DNA of 64,000 bases from Neophaeotheca triangularis. Its lineage: Eukaryota. The translations under genes and the position numbers were made by a program. Below, piece after piece: positions 12,601-25,069 of this stretch. Below the pieces are notes generated by a model. The model did not search any database. It worked only from the letters and a program-made list of their open reading frames with translations, and was not told where the DNA came from. The stretch covers positions 62,001 to 126,000 of the forward strand of contig BAAIJX010000010.1 in assembly GCA_054600435.1 (NCBI GenBank). Direction: 5' to 3'. The first letter of the stretch is position 1. Each line of letters starts with the position of its first letter.

Positions 12601-13266
12601 AACAACGACTTTGTCTCGTTTAATCCCTCTGCCAAACGTGACGAGCTTCGTGATACTCTATTGGAGTTGCAGAAACAGCAAGAGATCGATAGGAAGGAGA
12701 AAAAGCGAGCCAAATCCGCCACCAACCCTCGTAGCACAGCTATTACCTTGCCAACTGTGTCCGCAGCCGGAGGGAGCAGTCCCGCGCAGAAGACTCCGTC
12801 GAAACCTGCCGGGACGCAGATGCCTCGACTACCGATTGAACCACAACCAGAGAGTCGAAAGTCTTTGTCGCCAACGAAACCGCCACCGCCCAGCCGTACA
12901 GAGCCTCCATCATCAGCGGAAGCCCAGGTGCAGGAAGAGCTCGCCACTGCCGCACCTATACGCCAAACACCACCAGATGAAAACGTGCCGGTTGATACTG
13001 TTCCGAACCCACCCGAGCCAAGCGACGCAAGGGCTTCGCCAGGCGTCTTAAGGTCTTCGCAATCTTTCGAAGGGTTCGGCAACGATCAAGACGAAATGCT
13101 CGATGGCGCTGCGGGCGACTACGTAGTCTCTCGCGGCAAGCACGTTGAAATTAAGCAAGATGTGTCTTCGGAGACGGCACCGGGTGACACGCCGAAGATG
13201 CAATCCAGGGATGAGCTCCTCGACCCCCTCCAGGAGATTGTCAAAGACAGTCAAGGCTCGCAGTGA
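9691..13266 (+). CDS. Ulp-family SUMO protease (peptidase C48), Ulp2-like architecture; true start may be in an upstream exon
   Basis: LDEGEFLNDNLI, HFFNTFFY, catalytic H (LHWF), D (LDSF) and Q/C (QTNFCDCG); long disordered flanks. Confidence 0.88.
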   Translation: MQGTKRQQPATTASIKEEEVERPRTDRRSANEKRLVGDYTRPADATPIVPPTARAGLPPHAPAAGSTQANMARKPASGNMFTPKNTLNRNYHNPQNRDVAQSKAYPAKLQTRQARGNNVKHATTALGEGFEESPNKRRKIDNGTKHAPRPASPSVVVPEDLRSTGSSDEVLLSGRPVSSETRKATSNSQTSTKTGPNPKERNPFSNSALRDADAPLRAPKSQRAPKSSFTQPSRQKASPIARQNGGTSNQPVVIDEETAWEKARPDVEQTSGTGHTSRRGPGSANARLNQESVHQRRFGMEGDAVLSRAGPGSRGSNSEFHATDDPLQLSAYFNPKSKVKAKDKMQTCSDVHGTRDSISSADELASSTTIGNYSAGNRAGAGRSRHERSPSTSDIRPTTFTHSGRKAMIKRDEPPSPVPPTQDSDADTKAVPIVAFYARACVAEGANLELVFDGDGLVYLHQNGKRIVAADGNVMVYIDGLAAKQFSYSQNSNFVTINGSTNGYICVALHEYADVKWLMDCLQTTTDDKMAVIHTETQHLKRVFSRQAAELQHWHAKRSAKVPAVDEGMERKMLERQHAKNTSAQHPREERIQYETDGGDAPVVHGVKDRTAASTVKHQDRLSYRPLYVSNVNTIKDQDSDRRRSARAPPKVRSPSPEFVAKWTEIHKPQAWPHPVVYPSEGPRRTTTDFGDLMRLDEGEFLNDNLISFALRRTEESLSPEQRGRIHFFNTFFYSSLSTNNGRRAFNYDSVKRWTKGKDLMGTPYVVVPINHDLHWFVAIICNLNRFTQQIEFDPSDDEVQAVDHAGTVKANGKEELDVEMEDLALSEGDKSKDSGNDQILSEALTSATAGREGDGESRPSTGTSKKSKKKGPPPLPKIDSQQPAIITLDSFGSAHTGEVRMLKDYVIEEAKDKRGMTVSRDQMKGITAKGLPEQTNFCDCGVYLVGYIQEFAKDPDGFVRKVLSRELDRNNDFVSFNPSAKRDELRDTLLELQKQQEIDRKEKKRAKSATNPRSTAITLPTVSAAGGSSPAQKTPSKPAGTQMPRLPIEPQPESRKSLSPTKPPPPSRTEPPSSAEAQVQEELATAAPIRQTPPDENVPVDTVPNPPEPSDARASPGVLRSSQSFEGFGNDQDEMLDGAAGDYVVSRGKHVEIKQDVSSETAPGDTPKMQSRDELLDPLQEIVKDSQGSQ

Positions 13267-13525
13267 TTGGTTTATCTGGGCCACTCTTGACGTGCTATGT
13301 TTATGGACTCAAATAGGACGCACGAACAGTTGCTGACCAAGGAGCTGCTGCTACTACGGCTTTGGCTTAGGTAGAGACAAACATGAAATGACATTCATCT
13401 TCATATGTGATCTATCAGTCATTCCTGGCGTGGTCATCCAGCGTCAAGGCGTGTGTTCTATGCTTCATTTGTCCCCGCTAATATGCAAAAGAAGACTTAG
13501 CGTTCGTCGAAATCCAGACGCTCCC

Positions 13526-14245
13526 TCAGACAGCTTCCTTGACCCCATCCTTCTGCTGCACCTCCTCAAGCTGCTTGCCGATGTGACCATTCACTCCGCG
13601 CCCGCCAGTCCCATCATACGTCTTGGCCTCCAGCTCAGCAACAGCCTCATCGACCTCTGCAACTAAAAGTCAGCACACCACACCCAATCAACAGCGACCC
13701 AGCAGATAAAACTCACCAGCAAACTCCCGCTGGCCCGCCTCGCCGGTCCAAAACCTCATCTTCTCCCTCTGAAACTCTGCAAAATCCCACTCCCTCGCCT
13801 CCAACCTCGCCTCGCCCGCCTCCCAAACATAAGTATCAGCCTCGACCTCGTCACCCTCAACATTCCCCTCGCCACCGCCCTCCCCCACCTCCTCCAAAAC
13901 CCTCGCCTTCACGGCATACCGCCCATACTCTGGCCCCTCGAAAGCATCCAGCCGGTACATATCCCGATCGGTCAGGCCCGTGACGTAGAGACCGCGCACC
14001 GTCGACCCCCGGGCCGGCACGATGGCGGGGTAGTCTGCGAATTTGACGCGATGGCGGCGGAAGTCGTGCAGGATTGCGGGTTTGGGGGTGATGCTGTCGG
14101 TGTTGTAGCGGGGGTTGAGAGTGGGGTTGTGGCCGAAGCAGACGCGGTGCAAGACTTTGGGCGCCATGAGGGTGCCGTAGAAGAAGGCGTTGTGGAGTTT
14201 GGGCTCGTCCATCGAGGGGGGCGATTGCGGTGAGGGGGCGTCCAT
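13526..14245 (-). CDS. AIG2-like / gamma-glutamylcyclotransferase-fold protein; exons 14245-13717, 13656-13526
   Basis: FFYGTLM, DYPAI, LDAFEGPEY, YVW motifs; intron GTGAGT..GCTGAC..CAG continues into EVDEAV..DGTGGRG. Confidence 0.88.
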
Positions 14246-15236
14246 TGTGGGTGGGGATTTGGAGGTCTTGTCTGGTTTTCTGAGGTTTCCGGGTGTTTTT
14301 TGTTTTTTTGTAGGATGGTTTTTGGGGATGGGTTTTGGCTGGAGATATAGACGGCTGTCGTGTTATGCCACGGTGTTCTCCTGGGAAGCGTGATGCTGCA
14401 CTTGGTTCACGGTGCGGGCAACACGCTTTGAGTGTCGAGTGGCCAGGATCCGGGATGTCTGGTGTTAATTTAAGCAGCTATGCCAGGTTAAGCGGTGTTG
14501 AAGTCTTAGTTATATGATCTCTACGACTCTACGAGATGGCCCTATGTGATAATAGTACCCGGACAGCAGGCCAGATAACGATAAGAGATGGGAAGTTTGA
14601 TGAAGCCTCCCGTCCCGTCGAGATTGTGTAACATCCGCGCGCTTGCAGGGCAGAAAGAAGGCGCCGGCCCGCGACCGTTGACATGTCGCAGATGCAGGGC
14701 AGAATCAGATGGCAAAACCAACCTGCAGATTCCAGGTTGCTTCCTGATACCGACCTCTTCTTCTTCACCTCTTCCTCGCCACAATCATTATCAACTCTAT
14801 TAATCGCATTCGGATTCCTGTCGATCCTTTGGCTTTCTGGAATTAGTTTGGAAATACGACCATGAAGCCTTGAGGACATCTCCAAACTTGCCCCATCCTC
14901 CTTTCCCCCCACCCCCCCTGCTCTCCCCTCCGCTGTCTTCCGACCTCACAATACCTACACAGTACCTACCCTTGGTGCCAGGTATGTCACATGTATTTTC
15001 CTACGCTTGCGATCCCTCCCCTCCTCCGCATACTATGTACCCCGCGCAGATAGATGAACATCATACTCAGACACGCAGTCATGACTTCTCGTTTCCAATC
15101 CGCTCAAGATGCCGCAGAACGTTGGGGCCACAGGGCCGGGAGCTACCTTACACTGCCATCGGAAATACGAATACAAGAGCATGCAATGCCGACGCTCTCG
15201 GAAACAAAAACCACCTGCTAACGTCATCGCAGAGCC

Positions 15237-16050
15237 ATGTCGTTTATCCGATGGCTGGTGACGCACATTGCGCCCATCTTCATCATCACATCGCCAATAA
15301 CCAGCTATGCCGACCAAATCTGGTCCATCCACAAGAAGCGTTCGTCGGCGGGCTTCTCCCTCGACATTCCGTTGATAATGCTTGTGGCGTCGATATTAAA
15401 GTTGGTCTCGACTTACCGACAGCCCGTCACCCAGCTCGTAAGCTGACCATTGCAGACTCTTCTACTGGGACGGCGCTCGCTTCGACGCCTCTCTCCTGGT
15501 GCAAGCCGGCATCATGACAGTCGTGCAGACGCTGCTCTTGCACGTCGCCCTGATGCATCGCCCGCCTTTCGGCGCGCAGCATAGTCTCAACCGCCCGTTC
15601 GCTGGGTCCAGGGAAGGCGACAGTTACGTCAGCAGGCCTTACGACTTCTGGCAATGGCGGAGCCGCAAACCCTACTGGCAGTTCCTGGCTTACTTCACCG
15701 TGACATTGGCGGTGCTGCAATTCCTGCTGCGAGGCTCGGATCTCTACACGCAGCTTCAGGGCTATGTAGCCCTGGGCATCGAAGCTATGCTACCGATTCC
15801 GCAGATTCTGGCCAACCAGCGGAGCCGGTCTTGCAAGGGCTTTCGGTTGAGTGTTCTGGCCAATTGGCTCATTGGTGATGCTTTCAAGATGACTTTCTTC
15901 TTCTTGTCCGAGAGCAGTGTACCCTGGGCTTTCAAGCTTTGCGGGCTCTTCCAAGCTTGTTGTGATTCCTACCTGGGAGTGCAGTATTGGATGTATGGAG
16001 AAGGGGAAGGCCTGATGGAGAATGAGCTGAAAGATGTTCGACTGGCGTAA
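15237..16050 (+). CDS. PQ-loop repeat membrane protein (Any1/PQLC1-like); exons 15237-15400, 15456-16050; probable 5'UTR intron 14982-15232
   Basis: SYADQIWSI..SSAGFSLDIPLIMLVASILK/LFYW; second repeat LPIPQILANQRSRSCKGF..WLIGDAFK. Confidence 0.88.
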
Positions 16051-17004
16051 GTCGATATGGGTCTCTGTGAAAGCGTGTGTTCCGGCCAAAACAATCGGTT
16101 TTTTTGAAATGAATGGCGAAGGAATCTGATAGAGCGTGTTATCGAGCGAGGATTATGTACTTCTATCAGATCTCGAGTTGCTTACCTAGATGATACTTGA
16201 GGACTTTTGGGTGATGCGTTTAGTCTGGTCTGTCACTGATTACCACGCTCCTGGGCAACTCGAGCCGTGCAGAGTCATCAATTTTCTCGTGGCATGTCTC
16301 CACACTCGTTCTATAGAACTAGCAAAGTCAAAGTACTACTCAGATATCTTTAATGTCTCCATGATGCGCCAGACCAGATGCTGACGACCAACCCAGCAGC
16401 ATGGAGTCTTTCAAAGCTACAGTCTCCGTCTCATCAATCAGTGCTTGTCTCTCTGCAACTTCTAATCAACCAGCCCACGCTTCGAGGCGCTCGACCCTAT
16501 TGCAGAGCGCACAATGGCATTGTCTAGCTTCAACGACGTCCATTCAACACTTTCTGATCTATTTCACCGGGGGCCTTCGCCTAATCAGGTCGCGCGCGAA
16601 GTCGGTTGTCCTCGAGAGCGGCGAAGACAAAATCCCAGGCTTCCACCGTCGCTCTCTCTTCCCCTCGATTGCATTCCTGGCAAGCTGATCTCACCGAGCC
16701 ATTGCAACATCCGCCGTCGCCTTCCTAAAGAATCCACGCCGTAAGCTTCCTCGACACTGTGAGTGCTCGCCACTGCTTACCTTGCCATCACCACCAAGAC
16801 CTCTTGCCCATCCATTACAGCCGCAGCCATTCGCACTGGGCGAGCGGACAGTCACGGACGGACAGACGAATTCAATCAAGCAGCTCGCAGTTGTGCGTTC
16901 GCGAAGCCAACGTAGCGCGGGCCGTTCGATTGCGCAACGCTGACCGAGTGTCATCAGAATCACGACTGGGCCAACAGCTGCCGCCGGCGAGAACAGAGCG
17001 ACAG

Positions 17005-17237
17005 ATGTCGAATCACGCCCTCCACTACCCCGACCTGGCCGGGTACGCCGCCGACCAGCACTGCGCCGACTCGCAAGCTGCAATGGTGCATCAGTTCCTC
17101 GAAGCGAACGCGGCGGGCCAGGATTTGCTGGCGCGCAGGCAGACCGCGCCGGAGATGGGGCAGCAGCTGCAACATCATCACCACAATCATCAGCATCATC
17201 ATCAGCAGCAGCAGCACGCGTTGATGGGTTTGCAACA

Positions 17238-17280
<43 letters not shown>

Positions 17281-17523
17281 CATCAGTTCCAACCGCAATG
17301 GCAGCCGCCGATGCAGGAGCAGTTGGTGCAGAGCAACCCATTTAGCCAGTTTGCTGGGGGTCTTGTGCAGGAGTCGCAGGATGCTTTGGCTGCTAATGAG
17401 ATGTGGCCGACGGGGTATGGGTTGAATGAGCACGTTGCTTGTGAGTTGACCATTTGTTTTTTCTTTTTGCGTGTGTTTTTCTGTTCGTATGTGTGTGTGT
17501 CGTTTTTAATTTTTCCCTCGTGA
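17005..17523 (+). CDS. Hypothetical Q/H-rich low-complexity protein; the 3' end is probably spliced at GTGAGT (17441)
   Basis: ATG at 17005 opens a frame with poly-His and poly-Gln; the sequence turns T-rich and intron-like after 17441. No recognisable domain. Confidence 0.4.
17233..17280 (+). repeat. (CAG/CAA)16 trinucleotide repeat encoding polyQ
   Basis: Directly visible tandem array. Confidence 0.95.
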
Positions 17524-18516
17524 AACACCCAGCGAGGTGTCTGGACCGATTACTTGTGATGGCTGAAGCTCTTTTCCCCTGGATTCTTGGACCGGCTGGT
17601 TTACTTCGCGGCCCGCGTTGTGGTCAGCAAGATGGGGCGACGCTGGAGCGGGATGGAAGTCATGTCAAGTCATATTGCAACGCAGGCCATTCGATATCTT
17701 CTCGGCTTCGATAGGGGCCTGGTCCTGGTCCTGGTGTGTTGTTCCTGGTGTAAGCTGGCCATGGCACTTGCCTGAGACACCAGAGGGGGGGAAGTTGCTT
17801 TCAGACTGACGGGGCTCCTTCGTTACCACAAAGGGAGAACAACATTGAGCCAGCCTTTCACCTCTCCGGTCTTCTCATCCCGCCACCATCTATCTATACG
17901 ATACGCGATTCGATCTCTAGCAGAAGTCAGTCAGCAAGATGAATAACAACAATGGCTATTGCTACCCTGATCCCTACTCCAACCCGGACCCCGACAACAT
18001 CGACAACGACAACAACAACCCCAATAACCCTCCTTACCTAGCCCATACTCCGCCGAGACGAGAGACGCTGGCCCAGGAGGTCTAGCAGGCTTCGGCACAC
18101 CCGACTTCGGCCTATCCCTTCCAGAACGGTGCTGGAGAGTTTGACAGCCTCCGGCAACATTTTCCTCACCATGGCCTGACAGCAGGCGGAGATGATCAGT
18201 ACCTGTATGCACCTGGACGTGGACCTGGATCTGGATCTGGATCTGTCGACAATTCACGTCTCCAAGTCCTGGCGGAAACGGCGTCGTACCATGCCGACAT
18301 CGGACGAGTGGGTGTCGGCGGTGTCGGTGGTGTCGGCGGTCTTGGTGGTGCGCCCCCGCTTCTCGCTCCACTCCACCCGCGCCTGGACCCTGCTTTTGCA
18401 ACTCGCACTCTGCCTTCTCGTCTCGTCTCATCTCGTCTCTCAGCATCTTATCAGATCAGATTGATATCCTCCGTCCCCTTCCTCCCCCATCTTCCCGTCT
18501 TTCCTCGCCTGCTACA

Positions 18517-19924
18517 ATGGCCTCTCCCGCTCTCAGTCTGCACGACGACAAGACCTCTGCCGCTGACGCTTACCCTTCTCCAGACGGCTCCAACCAGTCT
18601 TTTGACTTCTCGCAACCGCCGCCCCAGCACCACGACTATGGCCTCTCGCAGTTGCACCCTCAACAGTATGTATCCATCTGATTATCACACGCAGAGCAGT
18701 AGATGATGTATGGCATGGAGGTGCTCACAATCCACCCTCAGATATGCCTCACCACCGCAGCAACAGCAACAGCAGCAGCAGCCTCAGAGCACTAGAGCCG
18801 CTCCTGTGCCCATTCCTGCTCAAGTCCAGCCACGTTCATCCATTTCCGACCAGCAAGCCTCTTTAGGCCCGTCTAACCCGACCGGCCCTATGAGCTCCAC
18901 AATCAGCATGCCGGCTCGCCCAAAGCCAGGCCGCAAGCCGATCCAACATGAGAACAAGGAAGACAAGAGCGACAAACGTCGTGCACAGAATCGTGACTCG
19001 CAACGCCGTTTCCGTGACAAGCGCCAGGTCAAGCTAGCCGATGCTACCGAAGAACTGGGCGCTCTGAAAGATCAGATGAGAGACCAAGAGTGTGATTTTG
19101 AACGTCGTCTCGAGGAGAGCAAACAAAAACGCCGCAAGATGGCCGCGGAGCATGAGCAGAAAGTCGAAGGACTCCAAAAGCGTCTTCGGGAAAAGGACGC
19201 CGAGAACCAACGCTTGAAGGAGGAGCTTTCAAGGGTTGGCAGTGGTCAATCCCAATCCCGTTTCCACGGCTTGACCTTGCCCACCACCGCTCGATCCAAC
19301 GCCAACCTCCCCGCCCAGCCGCAAGCGCCCACTCCAACCGAAGAGTTTGCCAGCCGTGAAATCGACTTCACCACCTTCGGTAAGCATCCATCTCAGCCGG
19401 CTTCAAGCCGCGGGGATAGCTTCATGGAGTGCGGCTTTTGTCAGGGTGACACGACGGCATGCTTATGTATTTCAGACAATCTAGGGCGCGAACCCCAACC
19501 GCAGACGCAGTCGCAGCCATACGCCACTGCTTCGGCCTCTCGAGGCCCCGGGTCGTGCGACGCCTGCCGCGCCGACGAGACGGGCGAGATGCGGCGCAAA
19601 TGTATGGAGCTGTCGCAGAACACTACCTATGACACGACCATGTCCAACACCGACGACGGCCGTGTTGGCGGTTTCGACTCGGTCCGCGGTAGTTTCGCCG
19701 ACGGCGCCCCCACGGGCTCCAACAAATTCGCCCCGCTGAGCTCGCAGACCATGTCCTGCTCTGACTTCCTGACAGAGTACCAGCAGCAAGCCGCCGGCCG
19801 TTTCCGCCCACTGAGCGATGCTTTCCGCGGTCGCGTCATCCATGGCTACCAGGCCCCTGAGGGTCCTATCGACCTCGACCACGCTGAAGCTGCTGCTGTG
19901 CTCTCCAGCATGTCGAGGAAGTAG
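18517..19924 (+). CDS. hapX: bZIP transcription factor, divergent HapX-like iron regulator; exons 18517-18665, 18742-19924
   Basis: Hap4-like RPKPGRKP directly before the bZIP KRRAQNRDSQRRFRDKR; EIDFT motif; Cys-rich CGFCQGDTTACLC, GPGSCDAC..C and MSCSD; C-terminal EAAAVL. Intron GTATGT..CTCAC..CAG is in phase. Confidence 0.72.
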
Positions 19925-20792
19925 AGATTTTCAATCTGCTACAGTATGTTTCGACACCGCTGTATTCCAGCGGTAAGCGCGGTGTGTGGTGCAACGGGCG
20001 TCATGGCGCAAGGGTGATATAGGACGGAGGAAAGTCTGCTGCTCAAGGACTGATGATAGACTCGAAAGAAGCTCGCTAGCGATGATGGGTAGCCGAAAGG
20101 AGATAAACTTTCGTTTTTCTATGGTTAGATGACTAGGATTGGCTGGCTGCTTTTGTGTTTACTGGGCTTGGGTTTGGGATGGCGTTTTTCGCTTGTACAT
20201 AGATGGGCTTTTGCCTCTATCAACCAATCAATGCAAGAGAATACATCGATTTTATCGTGCTTGCGCTTGGCTTTACTGTGCGAAGACATGTAGGTGGTAG
20301 TTGGTTTAAGGCGGACATGCGAGCAAATCAATGCAGCTTTGAATCTCCTTTTGTCATGGGCCGATTGGGTGGGCTCAGATCTCTTCCTGTGCCCTCGTCG
20401 CTTCGCCTTCGTGTATACTCTTCCGGCTCAGCCTTTCCTGAAGCATGTTTATGCCCCAACACACACGCCGATCCGCTTGTCTTTAAAAGAGAACGGCTCC
20501 ATCTCAAGGCGGCACCGGATCATAGTCCCTTGGCATTGGGGAGGTTATTGCTCAGATCTCTTTCAAGTCTTGTTACAAGAAAAGCATCACGAAAAGCAAG
20601 TCAATTTCGACAACTGCCCGGCGGAGCTAAATAGAAGCACGAGAAGGAGCGAGCGAATGCGGTTGGCTGGTTGGTACTGGATTCAGAATGGAGAGGCTTG
20701 TCGCCACGCTTGAGGGCTACTCTAAAATATATGAGTCAAGGTAGTCATCGAGTTGCACACGTCTGTGTTCGACCGGCAACACCTCACCTCCA

Positions 20793-23700
20793 TTAATACA
20801 CCCCCTCCCTCTGCACCCACGCACTGCCCCCGGCCAACCCCACTTCCCCAAACCCACTCAGCACCGTCCCATTCACCGTCAACTCCACTCCCTCGACCCC
20901 GGCGCCTCCGGCTTCGAGGTTCCAAACGCACAACCCCAGCCTGTTGGTCCCGTGGTAGTCCAGAATCCCCTCGGGCACGGGAAAGCTGCTCTGCGGCCCG
21001 ATGTTCGCCACCAGTTCGCCGAATTGCCAGCCGTTGACGAAGAGCAGGACGCGGTAAGCGGGTGCGGGTTCGGGAGCGGCGGGAGCGGTGGGAGCGGTGT
21101 CGTTGTTGAAAGTAAAGGACATGGGGATGTCCCAGCCGCGAGGCAGGTCGAGGGCGAGGTCTGCGGCGTAGAAGTGGACGCCTGCGGACGGGAGGGTGAA
21201 GGGGGAGCTGGAGTTTGCTGAGGGCCAGGTGTTGATGGGGGCGCCCGGGAGATGGTAGCCGTGGCGTTCGAAAGCGAGTCCGCCTTCGTTTAGGGGTCCC
21301 CGGCTGCGGTCGGCGTAGTCTTCGCCCCCCAGGTTGCCGGTCAGTTTCCAGGTTATGTCTGTGGCCGGGTGGGTCGGGAGGTCGTAGGCGAGGATGCCGC
21401 GTGGGAATTTCATCTCGTCTGCGCCGACGACCTGGAGGTGGGAGGGTTAGTTGGGTTGGGTTGGCAAGGGGTGGTTGCTGGGCGATTTGCTTACATAGTT
21501 CTGGTTCATGCCCATCTCGTCGACCAGGACGGTGATTACGTACTCTGCGCCGGCCTCGAGGCTGGGGAGTGTGTATGTGCTGTTGCCGTCGGAAGCGGCG
21601 TCGTAGCCCTTGAAGGCTCCGAGGAAAGAGTCGTTGATCCAGGCGGAGCTGCCGAAAGCTGAGCCGCCTTGGGTGCGGAGGAAGATGGTGGACTCCTTGC
21701 CGTTTGCGATGAAGTGGCCGCGGTAGACGAGGACACCAGTGTTGAAGCCGTAGTCGGATCCGAAGAGGCTCGTTGGTGTCGTCTGCTCCCATACATCGTT
21801 GTAGGTCTTCTCGAGATCCGCATCCGGCCAAGCAGAGTCGTCGTAGCCGGGCTTGATCTCTGGCAGCGAGTCGTACACTTTCCAGTCAAGGGAGCTGAGG
21901 GATGGTACATCAAAGTGAGGATCGAAATCTACCTTGGACTTGACAACGCCACGGTGGTCTTGGTGGAAGTGGGCCTTCTCACCATTGATGGTAAAGTGCC
22001 GGAGATGGCTCGGTGCACCGCCAACGACCTCGACTTCGGTCGTTGCGTTGAAGTCACCAACAAGGTTCATGCCGTGATGCGACACCGTGGCATTGCGCAT
22101 GAGGTACCCGGCTTTAACAATAGCAGTCGATGCTTTGAGGCTAGTGAAAAGCCCCGTATCGCCGGGAAGTTGAAGTACCCAGTAGTCGTAAGCAGACTGG
22201 CGGTTCAGGATGTGGATTTCGAGTCCGCAGCCCAATTGGACGATACGGCGCTCTTCGCTGACGTCCCAATTCAAGACCGTGGCCCCGTCGCGATCACCCG
22301 TCTTGACACCGGAGCCCTCAATAGTAGATGCCTTGCCGCCATCAGACACAGCAAGCTCATGGTGCTCCCCAAGCCCGCCATAGACAACCAGAACGGTACG
22401 ATGGCCGTACTCTTGCCAGGTGAAAATCTCGGCAGACGAGTAGAGCAGGTTGTGTTTGCCGACTTTGTAATCGCTAACATGGACCTTGGAGTCGCGACCG
22501 AGAAGCATTAGATCGCCACCAAGCTGAGGTACAGATACATCGCCGGAGCTAGTCGGGATCGTGAGCTTGTACTCGGTGTTTTCCAAACTGCTAAAGTTGG
22601 AATGCCGTAGAATGTAGAAGTTGGTCTCGGAGCCATTTCCGAACAACGGTGTGACTGAAAGCTCGTCGGTATTGGTGTAGGTTGTGTTCGTGAGGTTACC
22701 AGGGGTCGATGTGTAGTAGGCGGGGGAAGCGACAACGAAATTTGCTTCGAGTTTCGCCTCGCTATACTTTTCTCTGTCCACTCGGCGGTCTTCCCGAATG
22801 ACTGCCGCGTAGTCGTAGGAAGAATAGCCTCCAGGGTAGCCAAGGTTACCCCAGTTCGAGCCGCCTGTAAAAGGTCAATCAGTTTACACGTTCCGAGAGA
22901 GGCGTTTCAATTCAAGTCTACTGCTTACCATAAGTCATGTAGATGGAGAAGATCGTGATCGCAGAGGCGAAGTTATTCTTGTAGAACACTCGCTCAAAGG
23001 CAGGATCGATAAGGTCGTAGCACTGAGCGAAACCCCATCCTCCCCAAGGGTCAAAAGAGCCACCTTGGAATTCTATGAAGGAGAAAGGGGTCGATGGCGA
23101 ATATTCGAGATGGGTCTCGGTCAAATCCGTCTGGATCGCTCCTTCCGGCCATACGCTTGGGTTTGCGCAATCGAACCCAAGTGGGTATGAATCAATGCCG
23201 TAGATGTCCACTTCACCGGTGCCAGTCCCGGGAGCGAAGTTGCCTTCGTTGTTGTCATTCACGATGTACGGTACCACGATGCTAGCGTTTCGGAATTGAT
23301 CCTCAACGTATTGCATATACTCGGGGTTCGGGCATGGGTCCACGGAGTCGATGCACGAGTACAGTTCGTTTTCGGGCTGGAAGGCAATGACTGGACCACC
23401 ATTGGTGATTTGAGCGGCACCGATGAGTTCGCCAATACGCCTGGCGTAGTTTTCGGTAGCATTGATGTAGCCTTCATCTAGAGTCCGAGGGCTCCCAGGC
23501 CGGCGTTGTAGCTACGAAGCATGTCAGGCTTGATCGGATTAAACTCGAGAATTACGATACTTACCCATCCTGGGAAACCGCCTCCGCTTACTTCTGCGTT
23601 GATGTACTTTCGCCGAGAGTCAGTGGTGATCATACCGCTTGTCTGGGAAAGCACTTACGGGTCCAGGCCGAGCAAGCAAGTAAATACCGGCTTGAGAAGC

Positions 23701-24117
23701 CGCCTCAAAGAACGGCTCAAGCGCAAAAACACCTTCGGCAGAGAAGTCTCCCGGCTTGCCCTCCAGCAAAGCCCAATCGAAGTAGACACTAACACCGGTA
23801 TATCCAAGTGCACTGCCGTTCGACTCAGCATCAACGTCCGGTCCTGTTCCCACTCTATCCTCAACTTACCGAATCTTCTGAAAGATGTCTAGCCACAAGT
23901 CCGGCACAGGCAGACGGAACGGATGAAACTCGCCAGAGTAGAACAGGATCCGCTCGTCGTTGACGAAGAGGGTATGCTGATCCCAGGTGACAATGTCCTG
24001 CAAAGGCTCGCGCTTGTAAGGCTTGACCTTCATGGCTTGGCCGGTGAAACTCATTGCCGCCGTTTGGACGGCAAGACCTGTTGCGAGGCATGTTGAGAGG
24101 GTGTTGATGAGCCGCAT
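20793..24117 (-). CDS. lacA: Secreted GH35 beta-galactosidase (LacA-type); 6 exons (24117-23870, 23812-23659, 23606-23565, 23511-22929, 22864-21495, 21431-20793)
   Basis: [29 protein letters not shown] (acid/base), IEFQGG (nucleophile), [31 protein letters not shown]; all introns GTAAG..AG. Confidence 0.95.
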
Positions 24118-25069
24118 GGTGGTTGACTCGAGTGTTGGTACGCCAGATGGGGGACAAGAAACATGGGCAAGAGTTGGAGAAGCTTTTGTAGCGGCGTGGC
24201 ATGGGACTTAGTAGGTAGGCTTGTCAAGATTGCGAGAAGTGGAGGAGCCGAAGGTGCGGGACTCTTCTGCTATGGTTTGCACGTCGGCTACCTCGTACCA
24301 ACAGTGGTCCCGACTCATTATTGACGGTAATATTCAGGCATAAATCATAATCGCCGGGTAGCATGCACGCAAGTGGTACAGCAAACACCGATCATGCAAG
24401 GTGACGATGGATACTTCCCCGAAGCGGAGTTGTGCGGGGACGGTGATGGCAGACGAGTGGAGGAGACGATGCGATCGACGAGTAATTTACCAGTTGTAGA
24501 AGGTAGGTACTTACCAATGCTTGCGGGAGACCATGTTGTGGCAAACGTAGCGGGCAAGCTCTGCAAGAGGTATGGCGACCAGTTAAAGAAAGCAGACTCC
24601 GGGCGAGTCTGTTCGACTTTTCGACTGTTCGGACGATTGAGCACGGCCTGAGCGGCTTTGAACTTGATGCCCAGCCCATCCCCGGCTTTCCAAGAGTGAC
24701 AAGCATGTGCACTTCTCCAGAACCTTAATCCAACGACCTCTCCCTCCGCTTTTGGCCAAGGTACATGATTGAGTATGCACCCACTCGTCAAACTAAAAAC
24801 AACGACTCCATCAAAACTGCGTGATACGATCGTATCTATCTCATGTGTATTAATCAAGTCCAGCCACGCAACCCACATACCAGAAGCGAGTACCAAAACC
24901 GAGAAAGATCACAACACGCAAAAATCCCAAACCAAACCTCTACGACACAAAAGGCCGAAAAACCCTTTCATCGAAAATGTCGCTTAGAACGCTCAAACAC
25001 TCGCTTTGGGTATAGTAAGCAAACCGGCACGAAAGAAAAAACACCCTCTACCCAATAGTAGCACAACCC

